Assembly (NCBI RefSeq): GCF_032444005.1
Contig: NC_091290.1
Span: 35,960,001 to 36,024,000 of the forward strand
Origin: Ranitomeya imitator
Lineage: Eukaryota
Direction: 5' to 3'
Length of the DNA: 64,000 nt
The first letter of the stretch is position 1. Every line of letters begins with the position of its first letter. A program made the position numbers and the translations under genes. The notes beneath the pieces were generated by a model. The model was not told where the DNA came from and did not search any database. It worked only from the letters and a program-made list of their open reading frames with translations. This document shows, one piece after another, positions 10,864 through 22,382 of this stretch.

Positions 10864-11744
10864 ACAGTGATCCTACCTGCGATGTCTTCCTGTCCAGGGC
10901 CTGAATATATAGGCGACCGGACGCAGCACCTGTCCTCCTGGATGAGGACCTCCTCCTCCGGTGTCCGGAAGTACGTGGGGGGAGAACGCCGACGTCTTCC
11001 ATGCTATCTCCTAGCGTTCCTGGCTGGAACGCACGAGGAACTTCCTGATTCAGAGAAGCCGGCCGGCGTCTGACGTCACATCCGGCCGCCGGCTTCAGAC
11101 CGGAAGTACCCACACACGCGCGCGCGGTGCGGAGGAGGAGAAGGGCTGGAGAGCTCCGAGAGGCCTCCAGCCGAAGAACGCCCCAGACCTTACCCGCAGG
11201 CGCGGAATGGTGGCGAAGGAGTCCCGAGTCGGAGGAGACGGGAGCAGCGACAGGGAATGGACGTAAGTCTGATCCCAGCTGCCCGGCCAGATTATCTGTA
11301 TTCCCCCCGGTGACCGCTGCCGGCACAGTGCACCTGGGATGACCTCTTCATCCCTAGTAGGGACAGGAAAGAACACTGAGGGGAGGATGAGGGAGGGGTT
11401 ATTTAACCTCTTGTCATTTCCTGTCCCTATTAGGAAAGGGGTAACATCCTCCATGGATAAACTCCAGGTGTGCTGTCGTGGGGGGTTACTAGAGAAAATA
11501 ATAAATTTGAAAATTGCGCCTGCGCAGTAGCAGCCATCGGTCTGTAGAGATCAGATAGCTGCTTGAGAAGAAAAAAAATTGCGCCAAAGCAGCTATCGGA
11601 TCTCTATAGACACATTAGTATATTCCTTATGTAAACTAGGGGGCGGGTCAGTGAGGAATCGGTGATCTGTCAGCAGGCTGCATTATGAATATATAATCAG
11701 AGCACCAGATGAAGACCCCCACAGGTTCCCCGGAGCACAGGCAT

Positions 11745-12037
11745 AGTCTCGGCTCACTCGCACCCATATAAGCCTATGGATGCGAGTGAGCCAACGCACA
11801 TCACTCATATCATCCGAGTGTGGTGCGATATATGCTGACCCCGGCAATGGAGGAGATGGAGAAATTCATTTCTCTGCCTCCTCCGCAGCTGTGCTCCGAT
11901 CCGCTCTTTGCGAGAGGCTCGGAGCACAGACGCATGACACTCAGCTCCTGCTGACAGCAGAGCAGGAGCCAAGGGTCATTAGCATATCGCATCCGATGCT
12001 CTCGCATCAGATGCAATACGCTAGTGTGACCCCGGCC
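11745..12037. mobile_element. Truncated Harbinger-like MITE (only the right terminus GTGTGACCCCGGCC-TAA is present)
   Basis: Terminus resembles that of the 2378-5960 element. Confidence 0.55.
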
Positions 12038-12493
12038 TAATAGCGCCAACCTGACACTGCCTGTAGGTTACTGTGCACAATCCTGCTGACAGGTTCTCTA
12101 TAACAGCAGTGATCAGAGCTAGCTCCAATCGCTGCTAGTAGAGGCAGATGCTGGCTGTATAACACAGCTGTCACCCTCTATGTATGTAAAAGGCTCAGCT
12201 ACTACAACTCAATACTCCCACCTGTGGCTTCCAAGGCTCCATACACTTGCCTATGGCTCTGAACACACAACTATGGCTCCAAAGGCTCCATACATCCATC
12301 TGTGGCACCTAAGGGTATGTTCCCACGGTCAGTAAACGCTGAGGGTTGGACTCTGCATACATCCATTGCAGCCAGATGTTACAGCATAGTGGATGGGATT
12401 TCAAGAAATCCCATCTCCACTATGTGTGCATCGGCACCCGCGGCTTTCCTACAGAAACGGACATGCGGCGCATCTTTCCAGATCACAGCATGC

Positions 12494-13241
12494 CGCCTGT
12501 GGCTCCCAAGGCTCCATACACCCGCCTGTGGCTCCCAAGGCTCCATACACCCGCCTGTGGCTCCCAAGGCTCCATACACCCGCCTGTGGCTCCCAAGGCT
12601 CCATATACCCGCCTATGGCTCCCAAGGCTCCATACACCCGCCTGTGGTTCCCAAGGCTCCATACACCCGCCTATGGCTCCCAACGTTCCATATACACCCG
12701 CCTATGGCTCCCAAGGCTCCATATACACCCGCCTATGGCTCCCAAGGCTCCATATACACCCGCCTATGGCTCCCAAGGCTCCATATACACCCGCCTATGG
12801 CTCCCAAGGCTCCATATACACCCGCCTATGGCTCCCAAGGCTCCATATACACCCGCCTATGGCTCCCAAGGCTCCATATACACCCGCCTATGGCTCCCAA
12901 GGCTCCATATACACCCGCCTATGGCTCCCAAGGCTCCATATACACCCGCCTATGGCTCCCAAGGCTCCATATACACCCGCCTATGGCTCCCAAGGCTCCA
13001 TATACACCCGCCTATGGCTCCCAAGGCTCCATACACCCGCCTGTGGTTCCCAAGGCTCCATACACCCGCCTGTGGTTCCCAAGGCTCCATACACCCGCCT
13101 GTGGTTCCCAAGGCTCCATACACCCGCCTGTGGTTCCCAAGGCTCCATACACCCGCCTGTGGCTCCCAAGGCTCCATACACCCGCCTATGGCTCCCAAGG
13201 CTCCATACACCCGCCTATGGCTCCCAAGGCTCCATACACCC
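12494..13241. repeat. 29/31-bp minisatellite (GGCTCCCAAGGCTCCAT[AT]ACACCCGCCT[GA]T)
   Basis: 29-nt period measured at 12494/12523; degenerate units at 12220-12305 are separated from it by a MITE fragment. Confidence 0.95.
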
Positions 13242-13448
13242 ATAATATGTGCTCATTTAGTTTACACGTCAAGAAGGGGGTTACAGGGTTATTTCCATCT
13301 CAGCCTCTCACAGCCGATACACAAACAACTGAGTCATGAACCCGTCTTGTAGACTTGGGCACAGCACAAATGGCTGAAATTGGAATAACCCCTTTAAGTC
13401 TGTAACAATGATCTATTTGATTACCAATATGCTGCATTATCACACTAC

Positions 13449-13535
13449 CTCCACATTGTTCCAGCGCAATGCTCGGTTGAAGTCCTCTACTGTAAGTCTT
13501 CGCCTCCGAGAGTGTCTGAGACATTGAGCGCTGAA
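13449..13535 (-). CDS. TAF6L: TAF6L coding exon 2 (FSAQCLRHSRRRRLTVEDFNRALRWNNVE)
   Basis: cctcag acceptor and GAG/gtag donor; 87 nt in frame; RRxLTVEDFNRALRW motif of the TAF6/TAF6L histone fold. Confidence 0.95.
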
Positions 13536-13686
13536 CTGAGGAAACAAATACATATAGAAATATACATTAGAACGCAGAGTATAAGGATGAGGGCTCGTAC
13601 AGACGCCTGTATAACTTGGACGTGTGCTATCATCTTTGTGACTAAATGGGCAATATACAGAAGGCAGGCACAGAGACCCCACGTAA

Positions 13687-14005
13687 GGTGTGGGCACACA
13701 GTGCGTTTTTGTTGTGTTTTTTTTGTCACAAACCTGAACAGTCTCTTGATGCCAGAAAAGTGAATGAGAATCCCGAACTCTCATGCACACGTTGCTTATT
13801 TGTCACGTGCAGATGGCAATCTGCAGCATGTCAATTTTTTCAGCCATTTTGCTGCAGATTTCACCAATACTAATGAACAGAGAAAAATCTGCAACAAAAT
13901 GCATGTAGAAAAAACCACAACAAAAATTTGCCTATTTTACACAGCATTTTTACTGCCAACACAGCAGGATTTTCTGCTGCAAATCCTGAATGTGTGCACC
14001 TACCC
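13687..14005. mobile_element. MITE (same family as 114-360)
   Basis: TAA-GGTGTGGGCACACA ... TGTGTGCACCTACCC-TTA imperfect TIRs. Confidence 0.6.
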
Positions 14006-14214
14006 TTAGGCTCACAGCAGCCATCCCAATCCACCAGCGACCAGCAATCGCATCATGGTGGTTTTAATGGGGTAACAAAGGAAGCCCCATCCCAATTCTA
14101 AACTCCTCGGATTCTGCAGTCACTATTAGCTGTGCCATATTAGTAGTGTCAGGTGCTGAACTCCGAACACGGTTTACAGTGTGGGGGGGTGGTGGAGTTC
14201 AGGGGGTGAGAGCG

Positions 14215-14560
14215 AATAAGAGAGAGAAAAAGAGAACGAGAAAATAAGAGAGAACGAGAGAGCGAGAACGAGAGAGCGAGACCGAGAGAGAGAGCGAGAC
14301 CGAGAGAGAGAGCGAGACCGAGAGAGAGAGCGAGACCGAGAGAGAGAGCGAGACCGAGAGAGAGAGCGAGACCGAGAGAGAGAGCGAGACCGAGAGAGAG
14401 AGCGAGACCGAGAGAGAGAGCGAGATCGAGAGAGCGAGACCGAGAGAGCGAGAACGAGAGAGCGAGAGAATGAGACAAAGAAAGAAAAAAAGAGAAAGAA
14501 AAGAAAAATGAAAAAGAAAATAAAAAGAGAGAAAGAAAAGAAAGATAGATAGATAAGAAA
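14215..14560. repeat. GA-rich microsatellite / 18-bp unit (CCGAGAGAGAGAGCGAGA)n grading into GAAA/AGAT tracts
   Basis: Direct reading. Confidence 0.95.
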
Positions 14561-14844
14561 GAAAGAACCATTTTCCAGCACCAAAGTTCAGGTCCCCATT
14601 GATTTCTATGGGGTTCAGGTTTCAGATTCCAGTGCGGCAAGTACCGACAATGACAGAGGGAATGGTCAGACCCAGCTGTCCACACATTTTTACAGCAGTA
14701 ATAAACAGCAGGGCAGCACAATCCTAAGTGCTCCATTATTGTTATTTCACGGGAAATACGAGTATTTACTAGAACGAGAATTCCTGGGAAGCAGACAGAT
14801 CCTCAAATACAAAACAGTATTTAAAAACAATTCTGGGAGAATAA

Positions 14845-15913
14845 GGGTATGTTCACACGTTCAGGATTTCCATCCTTTTTTTTTCCTGACTGTTTTTTAA
14901 AAAACTGCAGCTCTTGGCAGAAAACGCAGGTCCTTTTTTTGGTCCTTTTTTGGTCCGTTTTTGATGCGTTTTTTGATGCGTTTTTTGATGCGTTTTTTTG
15001 ATGCAGTTTTCTAGCCAGAGTCTGTGTGTTTTCTAGGAATTTTTTTAGGGTTNNNNNNNNNNNNNNNNNNNNNNNNNNNNNNNNNNNNNNNNNNNNNNNN
15101 NNNNNNNNNNNNNNNNNNNNNNNNNNNNNNNNNNNNNNNNNNNNNNNNNNNNNNNNNNNNNNNNNNNNNNNNNNNNNNNNNNNNNNNNNNNNNNNNNNNN
15201 NNNNNNNNNNNNNNNNNCTATGGGGGTGACAAAGTGGGGGGGGGGTGTCATTTACTATTTTTTTATTTTGATCACTGAGATAGGTTATATCTCAGTGATC
15301 AAAATGCACTTTGGAACGAATCTGCCGGCCGGCAGATTCGGCGGGCGCACTGCGCATGCGCCCGCCATTTTGCAAGATGGCGGCGCCCAGGGAGAAGACG
15401 GCCGGACGGACACCGGGACGCCGGGTGAGTATAAGGGGGGGAGATTAGGGCACGGGGGGGGCATCAGAGCACTGGGGGGGGGCATCGGAGCACTGGGGGG
15501 AGGCATCGGAGCACGGGGGGGCGGGATCGGAACACGGGGGGGGCAGCCACACTCCGCCCACGCACTTCCGCCCGCTCCCCGCACTTCCTGCTGCAGCGGT
15601 TCTGCACATCAAACCGCAGTAAAACCCGCAGATATATTTTTGATCTGCGGGTTTTACTGCGGTTTGGACCTCACAATGGAGGTCTATGGGTGCAGAACCG
15701 CTGCGGCTCCGGAAAAAGAATTGACATGCTCCTTCTTTTTTCCGGGAGCTATTCAGCGCGTCTTTTTTTTTACAATTTCCGGACCATGTGCACAGTGTGT
15801 CCTGTTTTCCATAGGGTACAGTGTACTGTACCCTGCATGGAAAACAGCTGCGGAACCGCAGCGGCAAAACCGCCGCGGTTCCGCGGTAAAAAACGCACTG
15901 TGTGAACATGGCC
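14845..15913. mobile_element. Harbinger-like MITE (possibly composite; spans a gap)
   Basis: TAA-GGGTATGTTCACAC ... GTGTGAACATGGCC-TAA, with a TAA duplication on both sides. Confidence 0.6.
15053..15217. other. Assembly gap (165 N)
   Basis: Run of N. Confidence 1.
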
Positions 15914-15934
15914 TAAAGCAGACATGATAAATAC

Positions 15935-16081
15935 CTGTGTAATTTCTCGGAGCCTGTAACACACGTCCTCAGCCAGCAGAGCGGCGACCTCATCAGTGAT
16001 CTCTAACCCCACACTTTCTGCACTCAGACGGACTGAATCCTGACACAGCTCCACATAGCGTCGATCCTCGGTGTGAGACAT
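15935..16081 (-). CDS. TAF6L: TAF6L first coding exon (MSHTEDRRYVELCQDSVRLSAESVGLEITDEVAALLAEDVCYRLREITQ). In-window model: complement(join(942..1036,1116..1166,1244..1394,13449..13535,15935..16081)), 3' partial
   Basis: Matches the histone-fold N-terminus of TAF6L (human MSEREERRFVEIPRESVRLMAESTGLELSDEVAALLAEDVCYRLREATQ, recalled). Acceptor ttttgcag at 16096-16097, donor CAG/gtattt; 147 nt, phase 0. Confidence 0.95.
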
Positions 16082-16303
16082 CCCGACACTGCGTGCTGCA
16101 AAACATGATGGTGGGTTTATTTTACCTTTTAACCCTTTGAAAAGGTTGTCTGATTTCAGACTAAAGGTAATAATGTAAAATAACAAATAAAAAAGCATTC
16201 CATCTCTCTGCTGTTCCTGGACATTATCAGTTTTACAGGGCTGCAGTGTTGCTGTCTCAGTGACTGCTGCAGCCAATCACTGCCCTCACAGCAGTTTTCT
16301 TAA

Positions 16304-17033
16304 GGTACCTTCACACTGAACAACTTAACAATGATATCGCTAGCGATCCGTGACGTTGCAGCGTCCTGGATAGCGATATCGTTGTGTTTGACACGCAGCA
16401 GCGATCAGGATCCTGCTGTGACATCGCTGGTCGGAGCTAGAAGGCCAGAACTTTATTTCGTCACTGGATCACCCGCTGACATCGCTGAATCGGCGTGTGT
16501 GACGCCGATCCAGCGATGTCTTCACTTGTAACCAGGGTAAACATCGGGTTACTAAGCGCAGGGCCGCGCTTAGTAACCCGATATTTACCCTGGTTACCAG
16601 TGTAAATGTAAAAAAAAAAAACACTACATACTTACATTCCGGTGTCTGTCGCGTCCCCCGGCGTTCTGCTTCCCTGCACTGACTGTGAGCGCCGGCTGGC
16701 CGTAAAGCAGAGCACAGCGGTGACATCACCGCTCTGCTTTACGGCGGCCAGTGCTTACAGTGCAGGGAAGCAGAACGCCGGGGGACGCGACAGACACTGG
16801 AATGTAAGTATGTAGTGTTTGTTTTTTTTTTTTGCATTTACACTGGTAACCAGGGTAAATATCGGGTTACTAAGCACGGCCCTGCGCTTAGTAACCCGAT
16901 GTTTACCCTGGTTACCCGGGGACTTCGCATAGTTGGTCGCTGGAGAGCTGTCTGTGTGACAGCTCTCCAGCGACGCTGCAGCGATCGGCATCGTTGTCTA
17001 GATCGCTGCAGCGTCGCTAAATGTGACGGTACC
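16304..17033. mobile_element. Palindromic MITE with TTAA flanks (same family as 48995-49812)
   Basis: TTAA-GGTACCTTCACA ... TGTGACGGTACC-TTAA; shares internal CCCTGCGCTTAGTAACCCGATGTTTACCCTGGTTACC motifs with 48995-49812. Confidence 0.85.
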
Positions 17034-18187
17034 TTAAGTCACACGTGGTTTTTTGTGTGTGTTTTTGCAGCAGATAAACAGTTAGAGCAAAGTGAATGAG
17101 ATTTTGAATATCTCCTGTGCACAATGCTTGGTTTTTTTTCTTGCAGATTTTACCCTTCAAAGCATGTCAATTCTTTCAAAGTTTTTCACTTATTCAAATG
17201 AATGGAAAAAAAAAATTACCAAACAAAACATTTTAAGCAGCGGTTTTCCTGCCAACATTCTGGTTGAAAAATCTGCTGCAAATACTCAATACGTGCACAT
17301 ATGCTAAGGCAATATGCACACAGCCCCCTGGATTGGTTCAGCGTGACAATGCGGTCCTTGGACCAAAAAATGTTGCGGACGCCTGAAGTAACGCGACTGG
17401 ACAGCACACTGACCAAGAAATAATAAATTAATAAACAATTAATAAAAGATAAATAATAATAATAATAATAATAATGAGAAAAAAAAATCGCTGCCTATTC
17501 TATTGTCTTCGGTATGTCTGGTGAGACTTGTCCATTCATGTCTATGGGGTCCATTTTTTTTTAATGGACCCAATTCTAATATTAGCATTGAAAACTGTTT
17601 TTGAACAAGTCAATTTTACAATGTTGATGTATAAGAAAAGTATGGTGTGTATGTATATATATATATATATAAAATAATAATAATAACACGCGGATGGCAA
17701 TATGAATGAAAACCATAAACATTGCATTTTGTTTTCCACTGCGTTTTTTTTTTTTTTTTTAAGTGCGGGAAATGGGACTCCCTGAAAACCCATGTCCTCA
17801 GTGTGATTAAAGATGCTGAAAACTGAGTAATTTTGGTGTTTTGTTTTTCTTTTTAAACTAACAGAAGCCTGAAAGAAGAGCCTGTGAAAAAAATTCAATT
17901 ACAATTTTTTAAGTGCAGAATTATTATTATTATTTTCTGCACAAAAAAAGAGCGGCATCACATACAAATCACAAATAAACACACATAAAAAGCATAATAG
18001 GAGAAGCCTGTAAAGTCTCACATGCTAAAAATGCAGAATTACTGCTCACGAGAACATTTTTTTATTAAATGCATGTGTTTGGGGGTGAAAATATTTTTTG
18101 CTATTGGGTTTAGTTAGCAATGTGGCGCCGTTTGCCTTCTATAGACACGGTGTTGTACTATGTATATCGCTGGCTGCAGAGTGAGCT

Positions 18188-18850
18188 CACTGAGGATCTG
18201 CCACTGAGGATCTGTCACCGAGGATCTGCCACCGAGGATCTGCCACCGAGGATCTGTCACCGAGGATCTGTCACCGAGGATCTGTCACTGAGGATCTGCC
18301 ACCGAGGATCTGCCACCGAGGATTTGTCACCGAGGATCTGTCACTGAGGATCTGCCACTGAGCATCTGTCACTGAGGATTTGTCACCGAGGATCTGTCAC
18401 TGAGGATCTGCCACTGAGCATCTGTCACTGAGGATTTGTCACCGAGGATCTGTCACTGAGGATCTGCCACTGAGCATCTGTCACTGAGGATCTGTCACTG
18501 AGCATCTGTCACTGAGCATCTGTCACTGAGGATCTGCCACCGAGGATCTGTCACTGAGCATCGGTCACTGAGGATCTGCCACTGAGGATCTGTCACTGAG
18601 GATCTGCCACTGAGCATCTGTCACTGAGGATCTGTCACTGAGGATCTGTCACTGAGGATCTGTCACTGAGGATCTGCCACCGAGGATCTGCCACTGAGCA
18701 TCTGTCACTGAGGATCTGTCACTGAGGATCTGTCACTGAGGATCTGCCACCGAGGATCTGCCACCGAGGATCTGCCACTGAGCATCTGTCACTGAGGATC
18801 TGTCACTGAGGATCTGCCACCGAGGATCTGCCACCGAGGATCTGTCAGCG
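18188..18850. repeat. 14-bp minisatellite (ACTGAGGATCTG[TC]C) in the putative TAF6L intron 1
   Basis: 14-nt period measured at 18191/18205. Confidence 0.95.
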
Positions 18851-19289
18851 AGCTCATTCAGTCTTTAGATGTTTTATGGGAGCCTCTCACCCGATCAATG
18901 ACCAGGCAAAGCTGCCGGGGGAGGGGGAGCCTTCAAAACCCCCCCAAAAAACACAATTTTTACTGCAACCTATTTACAAAAAATATATATTTTTAGCCTC
19001 AAATATTTGCATTTTAATAAAAATATAAACATTGACCCCAAAAGTGGACAATCCCTATAAACATCTTTAATCTGTGCCCCGAAAACCTGGGGCCATCTTA
19101 GATTAACCCTTCCCTAGACGCCAAGGAGCACATGCCCGGTCCATTTGTTGCAGCAGATTTCTGGGGCTACAGCTCAGTGCAAGGCTTGATAGTGATGGTC
19201 CGTGTGATCTGCAGGTCGGTGGGACACCGGGGCTCACACCCCACAGCGGGCACCAGCCGGGACCAGCTCACTACTGGGATTCTAGTGTG

Positions 19290-19640
19290 GTTTGCCTCCT
19301 TATGACGTCACCAATGTCCTCACTCCCAGCATGCAACACTCCCTGGGTGCGCAGCACCGCTCCGTGTCGCTCGGGAGTGCTGCGGCTTCTCGTTCCCTGT
19401 AATGCGGCCACTCACCTCAGCTGCCGGTAAAAAAAAAAAACCACCCACAAACTCACCAGAATCGGCGCCGCCGGGTGCGCACTACAGAGGCCGCATTCCT
19501 CACCACAATCGTCTGTGCACGGCCTGGTGGGCGGAGACTGCGCTCATTGGTGGACGTGGACGTCAATCACATGAGCAGAACGCGTCGCCTGCAGCTTGGT
19601 CACGTGATGATCGCTTTGTGAGGCGCCCAGTGACTACCAA
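19290..19640 (-). promoter_or_regulatory. TAF6L: CpG-rich putative TAF6L promoter and non-coding first exon (donor GAG/gtgagt at 19416/19415)
   Basis: Local CpG enrichment, near-consensus donor on the minus strand, E-box GGTCACGTGA (CACGTG 19601-19606), CRE TGACGTCA 19303-19310. The first coding exon has a splice acceptor just upstream of its ATG, so an upstream exon is required. Confidence 0.6.
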
Positions 19641-19717
19641 CATGGCTGGCCGGTCCTTAAAGGGGACTCTTATGTACCCCGCAAAACAGAAACACTCCCT
19701 GAGGTTTTATTTATTTA

Positions 19718-22363
19718 TTAGATGGTGGCCCGATTCTAACGCATCGGGTATTCTAGAATATGCATGTCCACGTAGTATATTGCCCAGCCACGTAGTATAT
19801 TGCCCAGCCACGTACTATATTGCCCAGCCACGTAGTATATTGCCCAGCCACGTAGTATATTGCCCAGCCACGTAGTATATTGCCCAGCCACGTAGTATAT
19901 TGCCCAGCCACGTAGTATATTGCCCAGTCACATAGTATATTGCCCAGCCACGTACTATATTGCCCAGCCACGTAGTATATTGCCCAGCCACGTAGTATAT
20001 TGCCCAGCCACGTAGTATATTGCCCAGCCACGTAGTACATTGCCCAGCCACGTAGTATATTGCCCAGCCACGTAGTACATTGCCCAGTCACGTAGTATAT
20101 TGCCCAGTCACGTAGTATATTGCCCAGTCACGTAGTATATTGCCCAGTCACGTAGTATATTGCCCAGCCACGTAGTATATTGCCCAGCCACGTAGTACAT
20201 TGCCCAGCCACGTAGTATATTGCCCAGCCACGTAGTACATTGCCCAGTCACGTAGTACATTGCCCAGTCACGTAGTACATTGCCCAGCCACGTAGTATAT
20301 TGCCCAGTCACGTAGTATATTGCCCAGCGGCGTAGTATATTGCCCAGCCGCGTAGTATATTGCCCAGCCGCGTAGTATATTGCCCAGCCACGTAGTATAT
20401 TGCCCAGCCGCGTAGTATATTGCCCAGCCGCGTAGTATATTGCCCAGCCGCGTAGTATATTGTCCAGCCACGTAGTATATTGGCCAGTCACGTAATATAT
20501 TGCCCAGCCACGTAATATATTGCCCAGCCACGTAGTATATTGCCCAGCCACGTAGTATATTGCCCAGCCACGTAGTATATTGCCCAGCCACGTAGTATAT
20601 TGCCCAGCGACGTAGTATATTGTCCAGCCACGTAGTATATTGCCCAGCCACGTAGTATATTGCCCAGTCACGTAGTATATTGCACAGCCACGTAGTATAT
20701 TGCCCAGCCACGTAGTATATTGGCCAGTCACGTAGTATATTGCCCAGCCACGTAGTATATTGCCCAGCGACGTAGTATATTGCACAGCCACGTAGTATAT
20801 TGCCCAGCCACGTAGTATATTGGCCAGTCACGTAGTATATTGCCCAGCCACGTAGTATATTGCCCAGCCAAGTAGTATATTGCCCAGTAACGTAGTATAT
20901 TGCCCAGCCATGTAGTATATTGCACAGTCACGTAGTATATTGCACAGCCACGTAGTATATTGCACAGCCACGTAGTATATTGGCCAGTCACGTAGTATAT
21001 TGCCCAGCCACGTAGTATATTGCACAGCCACGTAGTATATTGCACAGCCACGTAGTATATTGGCCAGTCACGTAGTATATTGCCCAGCCACGTAGTATAT
21101 TGCCCAGCCACGTAGTATATTGCCCAGCCACGTAGTATATTGGCCAGTCACGTAGTATATTGACCAGTCACGTAGTATATTGGCCAGCCACGTAGTATAT
21201 TGGCCAGTCACGTAGTATATTGCCCAGCCACGTAGTATATTGCCCAGCCACGTAGTATATTGCCCAGTCACGTAGTATACAGCACAGAGCCACGTAGTAT
21301 ATTGCCCAGCGACGTAGTATATTGCACAGCGACATAGTATGCAGCACAGAGCCACGTAGTATATTGCCCAGTCACGTAGTATACAGCACAGACACGTAGT
21401 ATATTGCCCAGTCAGGTAATATATTGCCCAGTCACATATGTAACAGGTTAAAAAAGAAAGAAGAAACATACCATCCGAAGAGCCCGTTGTAGTTCTGGCG
21501 CTTGTGTGCGGTGTCTGGTCCCAGGATTGGTATGAGCGCAGGACCTTCCATGACGTCATGGTCACATGAGCTGTATATTACGTGGCTGTATATTACGTGG
21601 CTGTGCAATATACTACGTGGCTGGGCAATATACTACGTGACTGGGCAATATAGTACGTGGCTGGGCAATATACTATGTGACTGGGCAATATAGTACGTGG
21701 CTGGGCAATATACTACGTGGCTGTGCAGTATACTACGTGGCTGGGCAATATACTACGTGGCTGGCAATATACTACAAGGACATGCATATTCTAGAATACC
21801 CGATGCGTTAGAATCGGGCCACCATCTAGTGTTAAAAATAATAATAAAAAAAAAACCTTATTCTCACCTTCCGCTGTCGCGTCCTCTTCTCGGCACTGCA
21901 AGCGGCAGGTTCCGCTTCCAAAGATGCTATGGGAGAAGGACCTTCCATGACGTCACGGTCATGTGACCGCGACGTCATGGAAGGTCCTGTGCTCATACCA
22001 ACCCTGGGACCGGACACCGCACACAAGCGCCAGAACTACAACGGGCTCTTCGGATGGTATGTCGCTGTGCAATATACTACGTGACTGGGCAATATACTAC
22101 GTGACTGGGCAATATAGTGCGTGGCTCTATGCTGTATATTACGTGGCTGTGCAGTATGTGTTAGCGGTGACTGGAGGGGAGTATGCGGGCGACAGGCACT
22201 GACTGTGGGGAGTAAGGAGCGGCCATTTTCTTCCAGACTGTGCCCGTCGCTGATTGGTTGCGGCAGCCATGACAGGCAGCTGCCGAGACCAATCAGCGAA
22301 TGAATAACCGTGACAGAAGGACAGAGACAGACGGAAGTGACCTTTAGACAATTATATAGTAGA
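19718..22363 (-). mobile_element. Non-autonomous Helitron with 20-bp minisatellite arrays and a second, inverted 3' end at 21781-21829
   Basis: Minus-strand 5' end A|TCTACTATATAA at 22363; 3' end with CCCGAT-n8-ATCGGG hairpin followed by CTAA|T at 19718; A/T insertion site. Confidence 0.75.
19769..21290. repeat. 20-bp minisatellite (CACGTAGTATATTGCCCAGC), about 75 copies; inverted copies at ~21575-21775 and ~22065-22150
   Basis: Direct reading. Confidence 0.97.
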
Positions 22364-22382
22364 TTTTTTTGCACCCATAGAC

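Larger units (their letters stand above)
6277..11498 (-). mobile_element. Full-length DIRS1-like tyrosine-recombinase retrotransposon with inverted terminal repeats and internal complementary region (ICR)
   Basis: Inverted repeats ~6316-6433 and ~11384-11492. ICR ~6519-6608 is complementary to both termini. gag, RT/RNase H/MT and YR ORFs are open; termini are T-rich on the element strand. Confidence 0.95.
2299..12099. mobile_element. Host T2/Kolobok-like MITE split by nested insertions (ends at 2299-2374 and 12038-12099; inner pieces ~5961-6276 and ~11499-11740)
   Basis: TTAA-AGGGAACCTGTCAGCAGGATTGTGCTCAGTAACCTACAGACAGTGTCAGG at left is the inverted complement of CCTGACACTGCCTGTAGGTTACTGTGCACAATCCTGCTGACAGGTTCTCT-ATAA at right. 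Confidence 0.75.

Noticed and set aside
10634-11454. GC-rich ORFs upstream of DIRS gag
   Set aside because: They fall in the DIRS 5' leader and terminal repeat; no recognisable motifs.
12302-13352. 300-345-aa ORFs in three frames
   Set aside because: Translation of the 29/31-bp minisatellite; all frames are open because the unit lacks stops; it is intronic.
14149-14736. SRSRSL-repeat ORF resembling an SR splicing factor
   Set aside because: GA microsatellite; no RRM and no splice context.
19753-21565. Trp/Tyr-rich repeat ORFs and a CRISPR-like regular pattern
   Set aside because: Head-to-tail 20-bp tandem repeat with no unique spacers and no cas genes; the DNA is eukaryotic.
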